Shown: in pieces, positions 16,969-24,000 of the stretch | Position numbering within the stretch: position 1 is the first letter of the stretch | Layout: each line of letters starts with the position of its first letter | Origin: Megasphaera sueciensis | GTDB lineage: Bacteria; Bacillota; Negativicutes; Veillonellales; Megasphaeraceae | Direction of reading: 5' to 3' | DNA: 24,000 nt | Assembly (NCBI RefSeq): GCF_050219315.1 | Contig: NZ_CP116939.1 | Coordinates: 205,077-229,076, forward strand | Notes under the pieces: model-generated | Database searches by the model: none | What the model saw: only the letters and a program-made list of their open reading frames with translations | What the model was told of the DNA's origin: nothing | Position numbers and translations under genes: made by a program

Positions 16969-17986
16969 GAGCATACTTATTATTAAAATGAGCTCTCTGG
17001 GTGATGTATTGCATGCATTACCGACGCTTTATGCATTGCGGCAGAATTGTCCGAATGCACGTATTGTATGGGCTGTTCATCAAAATTTTGCAGCGGTTCT
17101 TCCAGGAAAGCCTTATATAGATGATGTTGTTTATATTGATAAAGCAAAGCTTACATCCATAGCATATTTGCGGGAACTGTGGCATATACTGCATGCTTAT
17201 CATTTTGATGTATGTTTTGACTTGCAGGGGTTAGCTAAAAGTGCTATTGTTGCTTTTTTGAGCGGTGCTAAGGAAAAATACGGATATTGGGAGATGCGTG
17301 AAGGCAGTTTTCTGGTCAGTAAAGGGTTGACGGGAATACATAAGAATGATCATGTCATTGAACGATACCTGGATACGGTACGTGTACTTGGCGGTACGGT
17401 CAGTTCTGTAGAATTTCCTCTTCCCAATATTAGCATGCAAAAGCAAACGATGCGGAAACGATTTACAGAGGATGGCATGATAGGACACTATATCGCGGTT
17501 GTACCGGGAGCTAGGTGGAAGGTAAAGGAATGGCCGCTGGGGCATTGGTCGGATTTTGTTAATCGAGTTGCCGCTACTGGGATGAATGTGATTCTCCTTG
17601 GCAGTGGGGATGACATTTTGAAGGGAAAAGCTATTATGGCGGGAACGGAATGTCCCAACGTTTTTGATTATACAGGAAAAACTAGTTTACATGAGCTTAT
17701 GGCGGTTATTTCCATGGCAGATGTATACATAAGTGCTGATACTGGTCCTTTGCATATTGCCAATGCGCTTAAGAAAGAACTGATTGCTTTATTTGGTCCC
17801 ACGTGTCCGGATCGTACAGGTCCCTATGGAGGAGAAGCAGATACGTATATTCATATAATACTATCTCCGACTTCCACAGCTACGCAACAACACCCTTTAG
17901 TAAATGATCCCGATTGTATGGCACAGATATCCGTATGGGATGTATGGAATACCTATGCGGCTGTTATAAAGAAGGTGAAGGCATGA
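16955..17986 (+). CDS. Lipopolysaccharide heptosyltransferase I-like glycosyltransferase family 9 protein (WaaC-like)
   Basis: KSILIIKMSSLGDVLHALPTLYALR, FDVCFDLQGLAKSAIVAFLSGAKEKYG, ADVYISADTGPLHIANALKKELIALFGPTCPDRTGPYG. ORF track start is 16949; the ATG at 16955 gives MKAYKSIL. Confidence 0.85.
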   Translation: MKAYKSILIIKMSSLGDVLHALPTLYALRQNCPNARIVWAVHQNFAAVLPGKPYIDDVVYIDKAKLTSIAYLRELWHILHAYHFDVCFDLQGLAKSAIVAFLSGAKEKYGYWEMREGSFLVSKGLTGIHKNDHVIERYLDTVRVLGGTVSSVEFPLPNISMQKQTMRKRFTEDGMIGHYIAVVPGARWKVKEWPLGHWSDFVNRVAATGMNVILLGSGDDILKGKAIMAGTECPNVFDYTGKTSLHELMAVISMADVYISADTGPLHIANALKKELIALFGPTCPDRTGPYGGEADTYIHIILSPTSTATQQHPLVNDPDCMAQISVWDVWNTYAAVIKKVKA

Positions 17987-19032
17987 TAAATTTAAAAAAC
18001 AAAAGAATTATTGTAACCTTCCTTATGCACTTAGGAGATTTGATTTTAATAACTCCTTTTTTGCAGATTTTACGGCGTCATGCGATTGGTTCTGACATTA
18101 CTTTGGTTGTAGATGAAAAATTAGCTGATGTGGTACGTTATAATCCTAATATAGATCATCTTGTAACCGTCGATAAAAAAGGGAAGGATAATTCTCTGGC
18201 AGCGCTATGGCATATAGGCAAAGAACTTCATAACCAGCATCCCGATTTGCTGATTAATCTGCATCCTAACGAACGGACTTCATTTTTAGCGGTTGCTGTC
18301 AGAGCAAAACAGTTTGTTGGCATGAGCCATTTTTTGGCACGGTCTTTTATGGATACCTATACGAGATTGGATCGGACTCATTTGCATGCAGCAGATATGT
18401 ACATCGATGTGCTCAGACAACTCGGCATTGAGGATCATAAAAATGCAGGATTGCAGATTTTTACATGTCCAGCGTGGGAAAAACAAGTTCAAAATTTTTA
18501 TATAGCGTCTGATTTACGGGAAAAAGAGCCGCTTGTGGGTTTTAATATTGGTAGTGCTGTTCCGCAAAAACGATGGCCTGTCGAACGATTTGCCGCGGTG
18601 GCGGATTATTTTTCCAACAGGGGATTCCGGTGTGCTTTTTATGGCGGCCCTATGGATATGGATATGGTTCGGGAAGCTGTTTTTTTTATGAAGAACACCC
18701 CGATTATTTGTACAGGAAAGTTTTCCGTAGGTGAGCTTGCCGCTGCTGTAAGGCGCTGTTCCTTATTTATTACTAATGATAGCGGACCTATGCATGTAGC
18801 TGTTAGTCAGGATGTTCCTCTGGTAGCACTTTATGGACCGAGTAATCCGAAATTCTATGGTCCGTATACGAAAAAAGCTATTGTCTTGGAATCAACAAAC
18901 GAATATAAAATAGGAAAAAGTATGAAGAAAATTATCCGTGAGGGTAATTACAAGGGAATTTCTGTTATTACGACGGAAGAAGTTATCGAAGCAGGAAACG
19001 AGCTTATTGCCCGGTATGGGATTAAAAATTGA
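17983..19032 (+). CDS. Glycosyltransferase family 9 (heptosyltransferase) protein, second copy
   Basis: IIVTFLMHLGDLILITPFLQILRRHA, DLLINLHPNERTSFLA, FYGGPMDMDMVREA, LFITNDSGPMHVAVSQDVPLVALYGPSNPKFYGPY. The ATG at 17983 overlaps the previous stop codon (ATGA), favouring this start over 17914. Confidence 0.85.
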   Translation: MINLKNKRIIVTFLMHLGDLILITPFLQILRRHAIGSDITLVVDEKLADVVRYNPNIDHLVTVDKKGKDNSLAALWHIGKELHNQHPDLLINLHPNERTSFLAVAVRAKQFVGMSHFLARSFMDTYTRLDRTHLHAADMYIDVLRQLGIEDHKNAGLQIFTCPAWEKQVQNFYIASDLREKEPLVGFNIGSAVPQKRWPVERFAAVADYFSNRGFRCAFYGGPMDMDMVREAVFFMKNTPIICTGKFSVGELAAAVRRCSLFITNDSGPMHVAVSQDVPLVALYGPSNPKFYGPYTKKAIVLESTNEYKIGKSMKKIIREGNYKGISVITTEEVIEAGNELIARYGIKN

Positions 19033-19057
19033 CAATTGTATTCGATTCCAGTATAAT
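19029..19057 (+). promoter_or_regulatory. Exact-consensus sigma70/sigmaA promoter
   Basis: TTGACA (19029-19034), 17-bp spacer, TATAAT (19052-19057). All 12 consensus bases match with optimal spacing. Confidence 0.9.
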
Positions 19058-19063
19058 GTCACC

Positions 19064-19293
19064 TGATATGTGTCTGTGGTTGTAAGTCGATGCCAGTCGC
19101 AGGCGAAGCGATCCACGTAAGGGATCCAAAGCGGTCCTGATCATAGTGCGGCTTAGAAGTAAGTCCTGCCGTGAAAAAACGAGAGAAGCAGTAGTGGGAG
19201 ATCTAGCATCTATGAGCGAACCTTCCAGCAGGCGAGTGTGGGGTTAAAAACCAGGTCAGGCGTATCAAGGAGCTGAAGTAATTCAGCTCCTTT
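19064..19293 (+). ncRNA. Unidentified structured non-coding RNA of about 230 nt
   Basis: Flanked by a perfect promoter and a strong intrinsic terminator, with no ORF. Predicted closing helices: TGATATG(19064-19070)/CGTATCA(19261-19267); CTG(19074-19076)/CAG(19257-19259); TGGTT(19077-19081)/AACCA(19249-19253). Internal hairpins: GATCC/GGATC (19110-19126), GGCTTA-GAAG-TAAGTC (19150-19165), AGAT/ATCT (19199-19211). Confidence 0.75.
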
Positions 19294-19296
19294 TAT
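19267..19296 (+). terminator. Intrinsic terminator of the ncRNA
   Basis: AAGGAGCTGAA-GTAA-TTCAGCTCCTT (11-bp perfect stem, 4-nt loop) followed by TTAT. The last two stem bases plus this run form TTTTAT. Confidence 0.9.
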
Positions 19297-19300
19297 GTAG

Positions 19301-19375
19301 GTGCGCCCGGCATGGGCGCAGTCTAACAGGTGAAAGTCCCGATCTCGCGGGTTAATAGTGTCGAGCCGATCAGTG
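19301..19375 (+). mobile_element. Truncated 5' end (domain I start) of a bacterial group IIC intron; 3' boundary approximate
   Basis: GTGCGCCCGGCATGGGCGCAGTCTAACAGGTGAAAGTCCCGATCT closely resembles the 5' end of group IIC introns such as the Oceanobacillus iheyensis intron (GUGUGCCCGGCAUGGGUGCAGUCU...GGUGAGAGUCCCGA, recalled from memory). Its first hairpin is TGCGCCC-GGCAT-GGGCGCA. It lies just downstream of an intrinsic terminator, the typical class C insertion context. No RT ORF and no domain V follow. Confidence 0.75.
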
Positions 19376-19423
19376 TAATACATAGATAGTATGGAAATTT
19401 ATATTTTACATTAATTACTATGT

Positions 19424-19452
19424 TTGACGTATCAATTTTGATATAGTAAAAT
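19424..19452 (+). promoter_or_regulatory. Candidate promoter of the thioesterase/acyl-CoA dehydrogenase operon with an overlapping inverted repeat
   Basis: TTGACG (19424-19429), 17 bp, TAAAAT (19447-19452). The spacer contains TATCAA-TT-TTGATA (19430-19443). Confidence 0.6.
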
Positions 19453-19492
19453 ATAATAGTATCTATTTTGAAGGGAGTTGACCAGAGAATAA

Positions 19493-19933
19493 ATGAAGGT
19501 TGACATAGATATAGTTGAAAAAGATCTCCAAAAAAATCCATTTGACGCCTTTATGGGATTTCATGTTGAAAAAGCTGAGGATGATGAAGCAGTACTCCTG
19601 TTTGAAAATAAAGGAAGCGCATGGGAAAATCCGAATGGAACTATGTACGGCGGAGTGCTCTATGCCATGGCCGACTCAACGATGGAGGCGGCTTGTGCCC
19701 TTAAGGGGAAAGCTGTTTTGACGCTGGATTTGGCGATGAACTATTTTTCTCCGACATATCCTGATACGACGGTTCGTGCAATAGCTAAAGTGGTTCATAA
19801 TGGTCGTACGACAATGGTGGCGCTTTGCGATTTTTATGATAATAATGAACGATATTTAGCTCATGGAAAGGGAACTTTTTTTGTAACAGGAGAATATCAT
19901 TTTCCAAAAGAGGGGGATGATATTAATGGCTGA
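19493..19933 (+). CDS. PaaI-like hotdog-fold thioesterase
   Basis: GSAWENPNGTMYGGVLYAMADSTMEAA, LDLAMNYFSPTYPDTTVRAIAKVVHNGRTTMVALCDFYDNNERYLAHGKGTFFV; 146 aa, with AAGGGAG upstream of the start. Confidence 0.82.
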   Translation: MKVDIDIVEKDLQKNPFDAFMGFHVEKAEDDEAVLLFENKGSAWENPNGTMYGGVLYAMADSTMEAACALKGKAVLTLDLAMNYFSPTYPDTTVRAIAKVVHNGRTTMVALCDFYDNNERYLAHGKGTFFVTGEYHFPKEGDDING

Positions 19934-20384
19934 TGAAGAGAATTTTTTGAAGCGAGTTCATAGTGAAGAATTAAAAGAACGATTTCGCAATATTTATATC
20001 GGCGTATATCAATTGACTCCATATTTCAAGAGTCTTCCGTGTACAATAGAAGATATTGACGAAGGCTTTGCGCGTGTTCGATTTGACATAACAGAGAATC
20101 TTTGCAATTATCGGGGAATTGCTTCAGGAGGCATCTTAGCTGCTTTTTGTGATACTCTTATGGGTATGGCAAGCAGGAGCCTGGGGTATCAGGTGACAAC
20201 TCTCGAAATCAATATGAATTATATCCGGCGCGTTGCCGGGGGAAAGTACATTACGGGAATCGGTCAAGTCGTACATCATGGCGGCAAGACAATAGTTGCT
20301 GAATGCGAATGTTTTGATAGCGAAGGTCATATTGTTGTAAAAGGGCGTTCGTCTTTTTATATTTTGGGGAAGTTTGAAAAATAA
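19917..20384 (+). CDS. PaaI-like hotdog-fold thioesterase, tandem paralog
   Basis: ENLCNYRGIASGGILAAFCDTLMGMAS, TTLEINMNYIRRVAGGKYITGIGQVVHHGGKTIVAECECFDSEGHIVVKGRSSFYI. Start may be ATG at 19926. Confidence 0.82.
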   Translation: MILMADEENFLKRVHSEELKERFRNIYIGVYQLTPYFKSLPCTIEDIDEGFARVRFDITENLCNYRGIASGGILAAFCDTLMGMASRSLGYQVTTLEINMNYIRRVAGGKYITGIGQVVHHGGKTIVAECECFDSEGHIVVKGRSSFYILGKFEK

Positions 20385-20396
20385 TTAAATGGAAGG

Positions 20397-21548
20397 TTGG
20401 TTATCAACATGGATTTCAGTTACAATGAGGAACAACAGGATATTATTAAAGTCGTTCGCGATCTTGTAGAAAAGGAAATCGTTCCCTATGCGGGAGAAAT
20501 GGATGAGAAAGGGAAAATCCGTGACGGATTACTTGATAAATTAGCTGCTCAGGGATTGTTGGGAGTTGCTATTCCTGAAGAATTCGGAGGTGCCGGTTTA
20601 GATGCGGTTACGATTGCAGGCATTTATGAAGAATTAGGAAAAGGTTGTGCCGGAATAGCTACAACTGTTGCTGCTAACGCGTTGGCAGCTTATCCTGTTA
20701 TTATAGCCGGAAATGATGATCAGAAAAAGCGATATTTTGATATTATCTGCCAAGATAAACTAGCGGCGTTTGCTCTTACCGAACCCGGTGTTGGTTCGGA
20801 TGCCGGTGCTGTTGCGACGTCTGCTAAAAAAACAGAGGATGGCAAAGGCTATATTTTAAATGGCACAAAGTGTTTTATTACGAATGGCGCATTGGCAGAG
20901 GTTTTTGTTATTTTTGCCAATACACGTAAAAGTGTCGGCATTCGTGGATTGACGGCTTTTATTGTACGAAAAGGAACTCCCGGTTTTACTGTGGGCAAAG
21001 AAGAAAACAAAATGGGAATTCGTGCGTCGAATACGACGGAGTTGATTTTCCAAGATTGTTTTGTTCCTGTTGAAAATCGTCTTGGCCGTGAAGGGCACGG
21101 CTTCCGCATTGCCATGAACACATTGGATGCTGCCAGACCGTTTGTGGGGTCTATTTCCGTTGGTATAGCAGAAGCTGCATTTCGTGCCTGCGGGGAATAT
21201 GCGAAAGTTCGTCAGCAATTTGGCAAACCTATTGCTTCTTTTGAAATGGTTCAAGGGATGATTGCTGATATGGCCATGAAGGTTGAAGGTGCCCGTCTTT
21301 TAGTACAGCGTGCCTGCTGGATGAAAGATCAGGGAATGGAATTTAGCCGGGAAGCTGCTATTGCGAAGTGCAATGCTTCGGATATTGCTATGGATGTTAC
21401 TGTTAATGCAGTGCAGGTTATGGGCGGATATGGCTATATGAAAGAATATCCTGTGGAAAAATACATGCGTGATGCCAAAATCATGCAGATTTATGAAGGT
21501 ACAAATCAAATCCAAAGATTGGTTATTGCCAACAAGACATTATACTGA
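20397..21548 (+). CDS. Acyl-CoA dehydrogenase (short-chain/butyryl-CoA dehydrogenase-like)
   Basis: FALTEPGVGSDAGAVATSAKK, FITNGALAEVFVIFANT, QQFGKPIASFEMVQGMIADMAMK, VMGGYGYMKEYPVEKYMRDAKIMQIYEGTNQIQ. ORF track start is TTG 20397; ATG at 20409 (MDFSYNEEQQD) is the more likely start. Confidence 0.93.
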   Translation: MVINMDFSYNEEQQDIIKVVRDLVEKEIVPYAGEMDEKGKIRDGLLDKLAAQGLLGVAIPEEFGGAGLDAVTIAGIYEELGKGCAGIATTVAANALAAYPVIIAGNDDQKKRYFDIICQDKLAAFALTEPGVGSDAGAVATSAKKTEDGKGYILNGTKCFITNGALAEVFVIFANTRKSVGIRGLTAFIVRKGTPGFTVGKEENKMGIRASNTTELIFQDCFVPVENRLGREGHGFRIAMNTLDAARPFVGSISVGIAEAAFRACGEYAKVRQQFGKPIASFEMVQGMIADMAMKVEGARLLVQRACWMKDQGMEFSREAAIAKCNASDIAMDVTVNAVQVMGGYGYMKEYPVEKYMRDAKIMQIYEGTNQIQRLVIANKTLY

Positions 21549-21576
21549 TAGAATATAAATCATATGAAATAGTGCT

Positions 21577-21793
21577 ATGAAAAAGAGAACATGGGAGAAT
21601 ATATCGGGTACAGGGAATCAGAATCATAGATTGAGAGTTTTGATGCCGATGCTTTCATGTGTTCACTTTGGAGCTTCCCGTTGAATGAAGTAGATGGGAC
21701 GGATATCTCCGTTAACGGATGAAAGAGTAATAATTAGGGTGGTACCGCGAAACGTGACTTTCGCCCCTTAGGGGGTGGAGGTCTATTTTTTTA
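21577..21793 (+). promoter_or_regulatory. T-box leader (tRNA-sensing riboswitch) upstream of pheST; 5' end approximate
   Basis: Contains the T-box AGGGTGGTACCGCG (21736-21749) followed by a terminator. Candidate Phe specifier TTC at 21662-21664 (GTGTTCACT), and the downstream genes are pheST. Confidence 0.93.
21756..21793 (+). terminator. T-box-associated transcription terminator
   Basis: GACTTTCGCCCC-TTAG-GGGGTGGAGGTC (12-bp stem with G-U pairs) followed by a T-rich run. Confidence 0.88.
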
Positions 21794-21812
21794 CGATAGA
21801 GGAGGAACTGTG

Positions 21813-22835
21813 ATGAAGGAAAAAATTGAGGTTATCAAAGCTGCTGTACGGGAACAGATTGATAACGCGGAAGCACTGCAGGATGTGCAGAATATTCGTG
21901 TCAAGTATTTAGGTAAAAAAGGAGAACTAACGGCGGTAATGAAAGAACTCGGCAAATTATCGAAAGAAGAACGTCCTGCTGTGGGTCAGTTAGTTAATAC
22001 GGCACGCACTAAGATTGAAGCAGCACTTGCCGATAGAATGGAAGAATTGAAACAACATGAAATGGAACAAAAAATTCAATCAGAAAAAATAGATATTACG
22101 TTACCTGGACGTAAACCCGTTCTAGGTCATATGCATCCGCTCCATTTAACACGGCGCTGCATGGAAAATGCTTTTTTAAAAATGGGATTTTCCATTGCTG
22201 AGGGACCAGAAATTGAAGATGATTATTACAATTTCCAGTGCTTGAATTTTCCTGATGATCATCCGGCACGTGACATGCAGGATTCTATGTACATTACGGA
22301 TAAAATTTTGCTGCGTACCCATACGTCGCCTATGCAGGCTCGAACATTACAGGCACATAATCCGAATGAACCGGTTAAGGTCATTGTGCCGGGCAAAGTG
22401 TATCGCTGGGATTATGATGCTACGCATTCCCCGGTATTTCATCAGATGGAAGGACTTATTGTCGATAAAGGAATCCGTTTTTCTGACTTGAAAGGGATGT
22501 TGGAAGACTTTTTAAGAGAGATTTTCGGACCGGAAACAAAGGTCCGTTTTCGTGCCAGTTTCTTCCCTTTTACAGAACCGAGTGCTGAAGTAGATATTTC
22601 TTGTGTGATGTGCGGCGGCAAAGGTTGTCGCGTATGCTCGCATACAGGTTGGTTGGAAATCCTCGGCTGTGGGATGGTGCATCCCAATGTATTGCGCTTA
22701 AACGGGTATGATCCGGATAAGGTCAGCGGATTTGCTTTTGGCATGGGTGTGGAACGCATCGCTATGCTAAAATACGGTATTGATGATTTGCGGTTGTTCT
22801 ATGAAGATGATATGAGGTTCTTGAATCAGTTTTAG
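21813..22835 (+). CDS. pheS: Phenylalanine--tRNA ligase alpha subunit
   Basis: [92 protein letters not shown]-type motifs. The ORF track start at 21810 is GTG; the adjacent ATG is at 21813. Confidence 0.97.
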   Translation: MKEKIEVIKAAVREQIDNAEALQDVQNIRVKYLGKKGELTAVMKELGKLSKEERPAVGQLVNTARTKIEAALADRMEELKQHEMEQKIQSEKIDITLPGRKPVLGHMHPLHLTRRCMENAFLKMGFSIAEGPEIEDDYYNFQCLNFPDDHPARDMQDSMYITDKILLRTHTSPMQARTLQAHNPNEPVKVIVPGKVYRWDYDATHSPVFHQMEGLIVDKGIRFSDLKGMLEDFLREIFGPETKVRFRASFFPFTEPSAEVDISCVMCGGKGCRVCSHTGWLEILGCGMVHPNVLRLNGYDPDKVSGFAFGMGVERIAMLKYGIDDLRLFYEDDMRFLNQF

Positions 22836-22849
22836 GAGGTAAAAAAATT

Positions 22850-24000
22850 ATGAAAAGTTCATTACGCTGGATGAAGGAGTATGTGGATGTCGATACAACC
22901 AAGGATCCACAAATCTTTGCTGATATTATGACTGTTGCCGGTGTGCCTGTAGAACAAGTAGAATGCTGGGGGACCGATATCAAAAATATATACACGGGAA
23001 GAATTCTGAAAATTATAAAGCATCCTGATGCCGATCATCTTGTTATTTGCCAGATGGACATGGGAGATAAAGAACTTACTATTGTTACGGGGGCACCGAA
23101 TGTTCGTGAAGGGCAAGTCGTTCCCGTTGCTATTCATGGAGCGATACTGCCGGGTGGGGTGAAAATTAAAAAATCCAAACTTCGCGGTCAAGTTTCTGAA
23201 GGCATGTTATGTTCTGCGCATGAATTGGGTTTTGATGACAGTTTGCTGCTGCCGGAGGAACGCAACGGCATTTGGATATTGCCGGATAATACACCTGTCG
23301 GGGTCGATGCTGTTGATTTTTTGGGACTTAAAGATACCGTTTATGAATATGAATTAACTCCGAACCGTGCGGATTGTTTCAGCATGGTCGGCTTAAGCCG
23401 TGAATTTGCTGTTTTAGGTAATACAACAGCAAAATATCCTTCCATTGAAGTCGATGAATGCGAGCAATCCATTAGCGGTAATGTGATCGTTACGAATGAA
23501 GCTCCTGAATTATGCAATCGTTTTGCATCCCGTCTGCTTTTAAATGTAAAAATAGGAAAATCTCCATTATGGATGCAGCAGCGTCTCCGTAAATCCGGAG
23601 TTCGTCCGATTAACAACGTGGTTGATGCAACAAACTATGTCATGTTGGAATTAGGGATTCCGATGCATGCCTATGATTATGATAAGGTTTCCGGTCATCA
23701 TCTCATTCCGCGTCGTGCAAGAAACGGGGAAGTATTAAAAACATTGGATGGTGTAGAACGTATACTTACTTCCGAAATGCTGGTTATTGCCGATCCTGAT
23801 AAAGCTTGCGGTGTTGCTGGGGTTATGGGCGGTTTTGAAACAGAAGTAACTGGTAAGACGACAGCTGTTATACTTGAAGCCGCTTCTTTTAAAGGTTCCA
23901 CTATTCGTAAAACCGGTCGCGCGCTTGGTTTGCGTTCGGAAGCTTCAGCACGCTTTGAACGCGGTATAGATGCAGAAGGCTGTATTGCATCGTTAGACCG
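22850..24000 (+). CDS. pheT: Phenylalanine--tRNA ligase beta subunit, N-terminal part (runs off the window)
   Basis: My translation: MKSSLRWMKEYVDVD..AGVPVEQVE; tRNA-binding EMAP-like domain (HPDADHLVICQMDMGDKELTIVTGAPNVREGQVVPVA); TPNRADCFSMVGLSREFAVL; RPINNVVDATNYVMLELG. AGGAGG RBS. Missing from the ORF track because no stop lies in the window. Confidence 0.96.
   Translation, partial: MKSSLRWMKEYVDVDTTKDPQIFADIMTVAGVPVEQVECWGTDIKNIYTGRILKIIKHPDADHLVICQMDMGDKELTIVTGAPNVREGQVVPVAIHGAILPGGVKIKKSKLRGQVSEGMLCSAHELGFDDSLLLPEERNGIWILPDNTPVGVDAVDFLGLKDTVYEYELTPNRADCFSMVGLSREFAVLGNTTAKYPSIEVDECEQSISGNVIVTNEAPELCNRFASRLLLNVKIGKSPLWMQQRLRKSGVRPINNVVDATNYVMLELGIPMHAYDYDKVSGHHLIPRRARNGEVLKTLDGVERILTSEMLVIADPDKACGVAGVMGGFETEVTGKTTAVILEAASFKGSTIRKTGRALGLRSEASARFERGIDAEGCIASLD

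Noticed and set aside
17914-17982. N-terminal extension of the second GT9 gene overlapping the first.
   Set aside because: The ATG at 17983 forms a typical ATGA stop-start overlap and begins the conserved GT9 N-terminus.
19249-19260. ACCAGGTCAGG inside the ncRNA resembles the SRP/4.5S RNA core (ACCAGGUCAGGUCCGGAAGGAAGCAG).
   Set aside because: It is followed by CGTATCAAGG-type terminator sequence rather than the GGAAGCAGC half of the SRP domain, and AGCAG occurs upstream, in the wrong order. I treat it as coincidence.
19064-19293. Could the ncRNA itself be part of the adjacent group II intron?
   Set aside because: It has its own consensus promoter and terminator. The intron's diagnostic 5' GUGCG end starts only at 19301, and no domain V sequence is present upstream.
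1-24000. CRISPR arrays, defence islands, toxin-antitoxin, prophage or IS elements.
   Set aside because: No spacer-repeat periodicity, transposase, integrase, cas or restriction/retron-like proteins were recognised. The only mobile-element signal is the group IIC relic at 19301.
1-24000. tRNA or rRNA genes.
   Set aside because: No tRNA-like GGTTCGA arm with paired acceptor or rRNA signature was noticed by eye. A tRNAscan-SE run would be needed to exclude this formally.

Overview
All real genes in this 24 kb window are on the + strand. It is largely an ordinary chromosomal region of a diderm Firmicute, inferred to be Negativicutes/Veillonellales. Main blocks: (1) a reduced division/cell-wall (dcw) cluster: mraZ tail, rsmH, ftsL-like, murE, murF, mraY, murD, murG, a single-ORF MurC-Ddl fusion, ftsQ/divIB, DUF881, sbp/DUF1290 and ftsZ. 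ftsI, ftsW, murB and ftsA are absent from their usual positions. (2) nrdR. (3) An ADP-heptose/LPS core operon: hldE, hldD, gmhB-like and two GT9 glycosyltransferases. (4) A non-coding island at about 19.03-19.38 kb: an exact-consensus sigma70-type promoter, about 230 nt of apparently structured RNA that I cannot assign to a family, an 11-bp intrinsic terminator, and directly after it a truncated 5' end of a group IIC intron. (5) Two tandem hotdog-fold (PaaI-like) thioesterases and an acyl-CoA dehydrogenase. (6) A T-box leader followed by pheS and the 5' part of pheT. I see no defence, CRISPR or phage system. The best candidates for something undescribed are the ncRNA/intron-relic island and the MurC-Ddl fusion in the reduced dcw cluster.
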